Shown in pieces: positions 55,006 through 64,000 of a DNA stretch of 64,000 bases. Positions within the stretch are counted from its first letter, which is position 1. Each line of letters begins with the position of its first letter. The notes below the pieces were generated by a model that was given only the letters and a program-made list of their open reading frames with translations, did not search any database and was not told the origin of the DNA. Source of the DNA: Octopus vulgaris (taxonomy: Eukaryota); the NCBI GenBank assembly GCA_951406725.2, contig OX597837.1:20894001-20958000 (forward strand), written 5' to 3'. The position numbers were made by a program, and so were the translations under genes.

Positions 55006-55529
55006 GGTTATGGATGGCCGTAGCCGAGAAAGGTAAATTGAGTCGATAAAAAATTTTCATGATGAAATGAAGGTGTGAGTCAGCATTGGAGTGGGTGGGG
55101 AGAGTAAGCCCTCTGAACACCTACTGAAAGAGGCGCTCATCGTGATAAAGAGTGTAGGTCCCTAACAAAGCTGAAAAGCCACGCCTGTCTGTTCTGTTCT
55201 TGTTAAAGAGAACAATCAAGCGATGGCATTGCTCAAAATTGGGCGGCAGCCATCAAGTATGTATAAATACATATATTCGTATACACGGGGAACAGCGTTA
55301 TTTTTTTGTTTTATGCTTTACATTGCTGGTATTTTCATAATGCGTTTTTTCTTCTTTTTTTTAAAAGGTAGTTTGGAACAATAGAGTCCCTAAATTCATA
55401 TTCGACTTATCCAGACCTTCATCTCAAAATTGATTTGGCGCCGGTGTCGTTTCATATATATTAGTTGAATTCACATAGACTTTTCCAACAGACGGTTTTT
55501 TTTTTTACTATTTGGCTTCTATTTCAGCC

Positions 55530-55627
<98 letters not shown>

Positions 55628-55712
55628 GGGTGTGTTATAATAAAGGGTAAAATCATTAATAATTTTACCAGGTGGTCAGCGCGGAAATAAAACCACATAG
55701 GTAAATTTTACA

Positions 55713-56040
55713 AAATATTTTATAATCATATGCATAATATAATAAGGGATTGGCTATACGCCTCACCACGCACTGAAGAAATAGACGCCAAAGGCCACTA
55801 TTACCACCTTTAAATCTCTGAGAATAACACACTATATTGTAGGCGAGCAAGAGAAAAATAATGGATCAACAACTTTTGGTTAACCGCGTACAAGAATCCT
55901 GTTTTAAGCTTAAAGTAAAACATATTACCTATTGCTATCATCAGGTGGTAATAGTGGCCTTTGGCCTCTATTTCTACAGTGCGTGGTGAGGCGTATAGCC
56001 AATCTCTTGTTATAATTATGTATATAATTATGAAATATCT
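55713..56040. repeat. Inverted repeat (arms ~55713-55809 and 55943-56040) in a Penelope-like module
   Basis: GATTGGCTATACGCCTCACCACGCACTG..GGCCACTATTACCACCT is mirrored; minus-strand CTGATGA lies at the inner arm edge. Confidence 0.85.
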
Positions 56041-56060
56041 TATATATATATATATATATA

Positions 56061-56307
56061 TATAAACAACTCATAAATAAGGGCTAAAGAAAATTATTTC
56101 TATGCTAATATGCTGATAACATACTTTTAAATCGTCAATTTCCACATATTATTTACTCGCTACAGAAAACACGATTTCCTCGATTTCAGCTCTTCGGGTT
56201 TTCTGTAGCGAGTAAATAATATGTGGAAATTGACGATTTAAAAGTCTGTTATCAGCATATTGGCATAGAAATAATTTTCTTTAGCCCTTATTTATAAGTT
56301 GTTTATA
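56061..56307. repeat. Near-perfect hairpin with 110-bp arms and a 27-bp loop
   Basis: 56061-56170 versus 56198-56307, with few mismatches. Confidence 0.92.
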
Positions 56308-56428
56308 ACTTTAACCTTAAAGGTATTGTAATATGCTGCCACATTTTTTGATGGAATTTTTTTCTGTAAAAAAACTTCATCCTATAGTTATGTATATATA
56401 TATATATATATACATAGATATAGGTATA

Positions 56429-56503
<75 letters not shown>

Positions 56504-56551
56504 ATATAGGATATATATAATAAAGGAATTTATTTTAACTTTGTTTGACAG

Positions 56552-56647
56552 ATGCAGAAACTCAGGGCTCATGCACGTCGGGTCAATGAAGAGAAAACTG
56601 AAGCAAAAAAATTATATGAATTAGACATTACTAGCTTCAAAGCTCAG
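56552..56647 (+). CDS. 96-nt repeat exon 1 (MQKLRAHARRVNEEKTEAKKLYELDITSFKAQ)
   Basis: TTTGTTTGACAG acceptor, CAG|GTAAGT donor, phase 0/0. Confidence 0.85.
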
Positions 56648-57044
56648 GTAAGTAAATTTGGTTGCATTCATTTAAAAAAATTATATTTCCATCAATCTTT
56701 CGAGATGTCCAATAGCTGAGAGGATACGCCACAGAGCTATTGACTATATTTATCTGTCCTTAACCCAAATAAAAATATTAATTTGCTCCTTTTTTCTTCA
56801 TCTCGCTCTCCTGTTCTTGAATTGCAAATGCATAGTCTTCGAAGAGTGATGTGAAGTAGCGATCACAAGTCGAAAAGTGGCTTCACTACGAATCTTCAAG
56901 TCTACAAGAAACATACCCATGCATAGTCTCTTTTGGTACCTGCTAGGATCTATTTGTATTCCAAAACCCTTGAAAGCAGTGGCACACCATAGCCATATTC
57001 CAATGACTGAAACCAATAATAGAATAACATATTTTGACCAACAG

Positions 57045-57140
57045 ATACTTGCGCTTCAAGATCAAATTCGTCGAGTTAATATAAGAAAACAGGAAAATGA
57101 ACAGAGATGTAAGGAAGAAATGAATAATCTTCGGACAACG
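57045..57140 (+). CDS. 96-nt repeat exon 2 (ILALQDQIRRVNIRKQENEQRCKEEMNNLRTT)
   Basis: TTTTGACCAACAG acceptor, GTAAGT donor, phase 0/0, homologous to exon 1. Confidence 0.85.
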
Positions 57141-57879
57141 GTAAGTCGGTCTAAATTCCCTTTCTGTATCCCTATCAATCTACAAAGAAGTTGTGTCGTA
57201 ATGAGGTTCAGTCACTTGTCTGCTAATTGCATTTACCTGCCCGCAACCCAAGTAACATCACCTCTTTATTCTTTATCTTGTTTACCACAGAGTATTTTGA
57301 TGAACAAGCATGCTGTAATGAATAAGTCCCAATCCTTAGTCACTGAGATGTAGTTTCCCATAGTAAGGAGATTCAAGTGTTGAACGTTCCAAGAAATCGG
57401 ATGCAGTTTGGTTGTGAATTTGCCGCTACGGGGTGTTCCACTTGCACAGCACGGGGTTGCACAACACGTGGAGCAGGGAACATCTCTTTACCTCCGGATT
57501 GATTAATACTTTGTGAGGAGAATTTCATCGATAGAAAAAGTGCAGATATCCTTTAAGTATCATATTCATAATCATAATCATTACGTCTGCAATCCAAGCT
57601 GCATGAGTTAGATAAACCGTGGCTGTCTAATGTAGTTCATACGCTGTACTGTAACCCTTCAAGGTGTATCAGAAAGCCATGATTCATACGTTTCAGTTTT
57701 AATATGAGTTACAAAGAACTGGAAGCATTTTTAAAACTCCAATCACTTTAGAAAGTGTACTAGGTGCATCTTATTATAGCACCAGCGCAGTAAAGTAGCC
57801 TAAAGTCATGTAAAGGTCATTATCACTTTGCAATGTCTTCATTTGTTATAAGCAGCGTAACCAAAAGGCTGGGATACAT

Positions 57880-57931
<52 letters not shown>

Positions 57932-58462
57932 GGAGAGAGAGGATGAGAATGTGAAGATGAATGGAACGAGAGAATATTAGGAGACACAAGGTAACTGGAT
58001 TGAAAGGGTGGTACATGAGGATAGGGACAGCACAAAATGGATGAGTAAAACAGAGACCACTTCGACATCTGACGCATGGCACACCGTGCACCTGTACAGG
58101 TAATGTCAAATTTGGTGGAGGAAGTGAGTTAAGGAGCATCACAAACATTTGATCGCTATAAACAAATCATCTGTACAGATTGTTCGGCAAGAAATTGCGG
58201 AATCGTCTTTCTCTAATCCTTGCACCTGTGTGTGTGTGTGTGTGTGTGTCTGTGTGTGTGTGTGTGTGTATGAGCAAAATGTGTGAGTGAGTGCGGGTGC
58301 GCATATGTGTGTTTATATTAACATTGGCCAAAAACTGGTCTTGTCATGTCCCTTGTTGTGTCCCTTTTTGTTTTGTAATCTAGTGGATCGACAAATAGTG
58401 TTCGATAAAACATTCCGGAGATAAATAAGTATTAGGGTTAATTTAATAGTCTAAACAGGCAG

Positions 58463-58784
58463 GGAATGTGGAGGCGCAATCGCCCAGTGGTTAGGGCAGC
58501 GGACTAGCGGTCGGAGAATTGCGGTTTCAATTTCTAGACCGGGCGTTGTGTGTTTAGTGAGCGAAAACACCTAAAACTCCGTGAGGCTCCGGCAGGGGGT
58601 GGTGGTGACCCCTGTTGTACTCTTTCGCCCCAACTTTCTCTCACTCTTTCTTCCTGTTTCTTAGGTAATGCTGCGATGGACTGGCGTCCCGTCCAGCTGG
58701 GGAAAACACATATGCCACAGAAAGCGGGAAACCAGGCCCATGAGCCTGGCTAGGCTTGAAAAGGGCGCATAAAAAATAAATAAA
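58463..58784 (+). mobile_element. tRNA-derived SINE with an 11-bp TSD
   Basis: TAAACAGGCAG at 58452-58462 and 58785-58795. Confidence 0.9.
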
Positions 58785-58875
58785 TAAACAGGCAGTGGCA
58801 GTAAAACCCATACATATCTGTAATTCCATAACTAAAACTAGAAAAGAATAAAAGGTTTTATTTTAATTTTGGCAG

Positions 58876-58974
58876 ATAGTAACACTTCAAGCTCATGTGA
58901 ATCTGCTCACTTTTGAGAAACAGAAAGCAGAGGAAACGATGAGCGAGATAAATGCGATAAATACGAGAAGAGAG
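58876..58974 (+). CDS. 99-nt repeat exon 3 (IVTLQAHVNLLTFEKQKAEETMSEINAINTRRE)
   Basis: TTTTAATTTTGGCAG acceptor; donor GTAAGTAAATTTGGTTGCATTCA is identical to that of exon 1. Confidence 0.85.
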
Positions 58975-59274
58975 GTAAGTAAATTTGGTTGCATTCAAGT
59001 TTAAAACTTTTCCAGCTAACTTCCTACACGCGTAATGAATGACAAGGTAAAGCAGTATGCTACAGAAAGTATTTAACTTGCCTCAGCTTGAATGACAACA
59101 TCTCTTTTAGTGTTTTTGTTATTACTCTCCTGTTGGGTGAACGGTAAGAACTGCAATGTTAAAGTACTCAGATAAGCCGCATAGCCAGAAGTTCAAATCT
59201 ATACTTATTGTGTTGTACACGCAGATAGAATATAAATATGTTTACCACAGAGTATTTTTAATGGGCAAACAACT

Positions 59275-59511
59275 TGTAGCGTAGTCCGGTGGTATCCTCA
59301 CTGTTTGAGAGAGATCTTAGAAACAACATCGTAGCAGATAACAGTTAACTTTTGGCCGCTATTTGGACCCTGCTGTGTCCACTGCTCTGATTGGTTGGCA
59401 TTGGCGCAGTTTGTCTCTTGACTTATTTCGCGCCAATGTGAGAACCAACCAATCAGAACCTTCCAATAAGATATCTCTCAAACAGTGAGGATACCACCGA
59501 GCTACGCTACA
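59275..59511. mobile_element. 237-bp MITE with TGT...ACA ends and a 4-bp TSD (Ginger-like)
   Basis: TIR TGTAGCGTAG..GGTGGTATCCTCACTGTTTGAGAGA; AACT on both flanks; inner inverted CTGATTGGTTGG. Confidence 0.8.
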
Positions 59512-59982
59512 AACTTATGACAAATAAGTTTCAGTTTTGCCTTGCTGTTATTTGGTTTTCTATAGTAAGGAAACATAGTTGTGCCCAACAGAGTGCAGGT
59601 ACAGATGTTCGCAACTACACGGTCCCACTTTCATTCCTACCGTGTGGCGTCTTAAGCACGAGATTTATGCTATCGCCTCCTTCGATTGACAAACAATTTG
59701 GATGGAAAATGTGCAAATGTCTGGTGTGTGTGTGTGCGTGAGTGTGAATGTATAAAAATGGGAGTGTATTATCACCAGTTTAGAAGTTGTATTATGTCGT
59801 GTGCCTGTTTGCCTTATAACTTAGTGGTTCAACAAAAACAATCGATTAAACAATTAACTGACAGAAATGACTGCTAGGGTCGTTTTGATGGCCAAAATAC
59901 TTGCTGATAGTGTCTCAGTTTAACCACAATCTGAAACTAAAAAAACCCTTTTATTTATATTTATATTTACTTTGCGTGACAG

Positions 59983-60078
59983 GCAAAGAAACTTCAATCT
60001 CGCGTTCGTGAAATCGCCAAAAAGAAACAGGAAATAGAAAAATTACATGTGATGCAAATGAAGGTATTCAAGACAAAC
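59983..60078 (+). CDS. 96-nt repeat exon 4 (AKKLQSRVREIAKKKQEIEKLHVMQMKVFKTN)
   Basis: TTTACTTTGCGTGACAG acceptor, GTAAGTAAATTTGGT donor, phase 0/0. Confidence 0.85.
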
Positions 60079-60282
60079 GTAAGTAAATTTGGTGGAATTA
60101 ACTTTTTTATATTTATTCGTAGACGCGAGCGTGACTGTGCTATTAAGAAGCTTGACCCAAACGAAATAGTTCTGGATTCAGTCCCCGAGCGCGGCATCTT
60201 AGTCAAATGCCTTCTACTATAGTCTAGGTCCAACAAACCATTGTAAGTAGATTTCGTATAAAGAGACTCAAAAAAGCTTTTG

Positions 60283-60314
<32 letters not shown>

Positions 60315-60317
60315 CAA

Positions 60318-60531
60318 AGGGTGCTGAAAAGTTCCTGGCTTTCGGTAAAAGAAAATACAGGAAGATCAGTTAATCCTAATTTTATTCAACGTATTCCTCT
60401 CTCAATTCACACACTTGTTGCAGTGGTCCTTCAGTTTTTCTAAGCCCTGTTAAAGAACTCGGAATGTCAGGCCTCCAGCCAGGCATTTCGTGATTCCCTT
60501 GAAGCCAGGAAGTTTTCAGCGCACCTTCGTT
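60318..60531. mobile_element. Mariner-type MITE
   Basis: TIRs GGGTGCTGAAAAGTTCCTGGCTT / AAGCCAGGAAGTTTTCAGC. Confidence 0.8.
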
Positions 60532-60793
60532 TTGGAATCACCAATATTTTATTATCTCCCTTTCTTTCTACCTCTCCTATCAAACCTTTTTTCCCAAACC
60601 GGTCGCTATGCTTGATCGCTAAATCCACAAGTTTCTTTTTTTATTCACTCTCTGTTTATTTTCTCTTATTCATTTCGGTTAACGAGCGTAGGCTCGAAAC
60701 GTAAAAGACTTCCTCACTTCCCGAACGTCAAACTAATACACCTGCTTGTCGTTCATACACCTGTCTTGTCTTTTGTGTTTCTGTAAATATCAA

Positions 60794-60937
<144 letters not shown>

Positions 60938-61261
60938 GTTTGCATAAAAGTATATATGTATACACATATACACATATACACGCACACATGCATATATATA
61001 TATATATATAGTGTAGATATCAAGTTAGAGGGGTTTAATACCTGTAAGGGATAATTATATCCAGAGTCGCACCTGGCTATTAGCTGGGTAGGTACAGACT
61101 TTTGTAAGATTGTACGGCAGCAAGTGGTTCGGTTGGTAAACCGGAGTTTAGGTTATATAGGAGAAGAAAAAGGATATGATAATAAGGGGAAACTCGTGGT
61201 TTTCGCTGGTATGTCTTTAATTAAATAGATAACAAAGAAGGAAGAAGCAGAGTTGAGGGTA

Positions 61262-61312
61262 GCATTTACGATCGTTTCGATTTACTGGAGTAAGTAAATC
61301 TCTTCAGAATGC
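61262..61312 (-). ncRNA. Canonical minimal type I hammerhead ribozyme motif
   Basis: Minus strand: GCATT-CTGAAGA-GATTTAC-ttactcca-GTAAATC-GAAA-CGATCG-TA-AATGC. Core intact, G-C closes stem II, palindromic stem III. Confidence 0.9.
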
Positions 61313-62694
61313 GAGTATAGATAGATGCATTGTTTAGGATGCGAAAATATTTGATACATATGTGATAGTAATGTAAACAAAGTGGTAATCCTTACATTGA
61401 AATTTTTGTTCTTGCGCTGGTAAATTCGCTGGTAGAGGTTTGCTTGTGGTAGATTGGTTAGTTTCGTTGGGTAATTAGGGCGGGGTGAGTATTATTTAGG
61501 TGCAGGTTTCCTAGTTTAATTAAGCACATTTTTTCGCACATGTGTATTCTCAGATATAAAACGCATCTATCCAGCTTCAGAAATAGGAATAAGGCTAACT
61601 CAACAGGGCTAAGTGCATACATTTGAGAACTTAAGGATTAAAAAATAGATTTTAGCTTAAACTGGCGCATACAACCTCCTGCAACACCGCAAATAGAAGC
61701 TGCGATCTCAGCCTATCAGAACGCCTAGCTTTACTTACGGCTAAGCAAATCCTTCTCAACAGGAAATTTGAGAACAACAATTTTTTGTCTTCACCAGAAC
61801 ATATATATATGGTCGGCTAAAAGTTTATAGAGTGACCAAGATACTCTCATGGAATGTAACCCAATGAGGTTTATTTTTCAGCATAAACCCCCTTGCGGTC
61901 CACAGACTTCTTCCATTAGTGTTGTTGCTGTGCTTGGGTCACATTTCTTCCGTGTTTTGGCATGATGTTACAGGGGCAGTTGAGGTGAAACTGTTCTGTA
62001 TTAGACTTGTGATGTGATGCGATCATGGTTTATGTAGAGAACGAATGGCATGTATATAAGTATGTATGCATGTATATTTATCATCATTAGTTTTATTTCA
62101 AGATTTCTTGCCACTAGAGAAAGAGATAGTTTCTAAGCTAGAAACAAAGCTCCTTCATTAGAATTTCAGCAACATTAACAGGGTATGTATGTATGTATGT
62201 ATGTATGTATGTATGTATGTATGTATGTATGTATGTATGTATGTATGCATGCATGCATTTCCACAGGGATGTGGAAATACCTGGGTTGGTGTCCAGGCGC
62301 GCGGTTACCCTACTGGGATTAGGAGGCCCCTCTGTTGTTGGCACATCTCTCTAGGAGAGGGAAATTCTGAGAGAAAACTTGCGACACTGACAATATTCGA
62401 TAATGTAGACCAGTTCTTCTTTTCGAGTTTATGCTGTCCACTTTCAAAGAGTGGGATTGGATTTGTGCAGATTCTTACTCTACTATAAAAAAAATCATCA
62501 CATACAGGCATCGCTTGAAAAAAGTAAGACCTGTCACAAAAATGGCTGGTCGTAGCCTTCGCATGTGTAGGAATTTCGATCAGGCGATGGCAATATTCGG
62601 ACACGAAATTACAGCCATCATATATATGTGCAGATTTGTATGCTTTGCTTTATGTATGTATTCTCATGCATATAGTTGCATATCTAGACATGCT

Positions 62695-63450
62695 GATATA
62701 CATTTAAATGATAAACTTTCGGAAAGTTTTACAACTTTTTAAAGTTCGAGTGATGGCTTGAATCTTAGTCTTCGAATCAACTTTCTCCTTCCTCGTTTTC
62801 AGAAGATTACTTTCTCAAGATTGGTTTTTAGGCGAGCTGGCAGAAACGTTAGCACGCCGGGCGAAATGCTTAGCAATATTTCGTCTGCCGCTACGTTCAG
62901 AGTTCAAATTCCGTCGAGGTCGACTTTGCCTTTCATCCTTTCGGGGTCGATTAAATAAGTACCAGTTACGCACTGGGGTCGATATAATCGACTTAATCCC
63001 TTTGTCTGTCCTTGTTTGTCCTCTCTGTGTGTAGCCCCTTGTGGGCAGTAAAGAAATAGGTAGTTCGTCTGCCGTTACGTTCTGAGTTCAAATTCCGCCG
63101 AGATCGACTTTGCCTTTCATCCTTTCGGGGTCGATTAAATAAGTACCAGTTACACACTGGGGTCGATACAATCGACTTAATCCCTTTGTCTGTCCTTGTT
63201 TATCTCCTCTGTGTGTAGCCCCTTGTGGGTAGTAAAGAAATAAGATTGGTATTTAGGCAGTGTTTTACATGCCCCGGTGCCTCAATAATTACAGGTATAA
63301 ACCTGAACTTGTAATCTGGATAAAGTAACTGTAGATTTCTCAATAGTTCAGGGTATTTTCTTTTTGCTGATCTTCAACTTTATGTTAACATCCACTGGGC
63401 AGCTGATTTCCACAACAGTTTCTCTTCTCTTCTCTATCCCAAATCGCTAT
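62695..63450 (-). mobile_element. R4/Dong RLE C-terminal fragment split by a SINE insertion
   Basis: Matches 25720-26035 on both sides of the SINE (VVEISCPVDVNIKLKIS..FRFIPVII). Confidence 0.8.
62834..63241 (+). mobile_element. SINE family B with a tandemly duplicated 3' ~180 bp and a ~17-bp TSD
   Basis: AAGATTGGT(T/A)TTTAGGC at 62817 and 63242; 62880-63060 is repeated at 63065-63243. Confidence 0.85.
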
Positions 63451-63459
63451 GTCAGGTCA

Positions 63460-64000
63460 ATGTATGTATGTATGTATGTATGTATGTATGTATGTATGTA
63501 TGTATGTATGTATGTATGTATGTATGTATGTATGTATGTATGTATGTATGTATATATGTATGTAGGTACATATGTACGTATGTATGTACGTACGTATGTA
63601 CGTATGTAGGTATGTACGTATGTATGTATGTATATGTATGTATGTGTATGTGTACGTACGTATGTATGCATGCGTATATGTGTGCATGTATGTGTGTGTA
63701 GATGTATGTATGTGTGTATGTACGCATGTTTCTATGTATGTAGTATATATGTATGTATGTATGTATGTATTATGTATGTATGAATGTACGTATGTACGTA
63801 TGTACGTATGCATATATGTATGTGTGTGTATGTATGTAGGTACGTACGAACGTATATATGTACGTACATATGTACGTATGTATATATGTATATATGTATG
63901 TACGTATGTATGTATATGTATGTATGTGTATGTGTACGTGCGTATGTATGCATACGTATATGTGTGCATGTATGTGTGTGTAGATGTATGTACGCATGTG
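63460..64000. repeat. (TATG)n-derived microsatellite
   Basis: Direct inspection. Confidence 0.95.

Noticed and set aside
56877-57353. 158-aa ORF as a single-exon gene
   Set aside because: Only 57045-57140 is bounded by splice sites and matches the repeat; the rest is SINE and intron read-through.
62260-62400. RTE 5' UTR with an HDV-like ribozyme
   Set aside because: It resembles RTE leader sequence, but I could not build the nested pseudoknot by eye.

Overview
Repeat-saturated, AT-rich animal genomic DNA, most likely a coleoid cephalopod (Octopus-like). This is inferred from the tRNA-derived SINE families with internal microsatellites and the extreme (TA)/(CA)/(TACA)/(GAT) density. Most ORFs in the track are microsatellite artefacts. 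The mobile elements are: a decayed L1/Tx1-type LINE (1-4.1 kb), two hAT (Charlie/Buster-type) transposase relics, Tc1/mariner relics and MITEs, R4/Dong-type LINE fragments, a deleted Helitron and more than 15 SINEs. A 161-bp satellite lies at 4.67-7.06 kb. Two features are not in the ORF track. (1) About a dozen type I hammerhead-ribozyme motifs, from fully canonical to decayed, sit in short Penelope-like modules beside microsatellites, often as inverted duplications, and one is fused to a tRNA-derived Pol III head. (2) A spliced + strand gene (51.4-60.1 kb, incomplete) has a coiled-coil region built from tandemly duplicated phase-0 exons of 96/96/99/96 nt with homologous introns.
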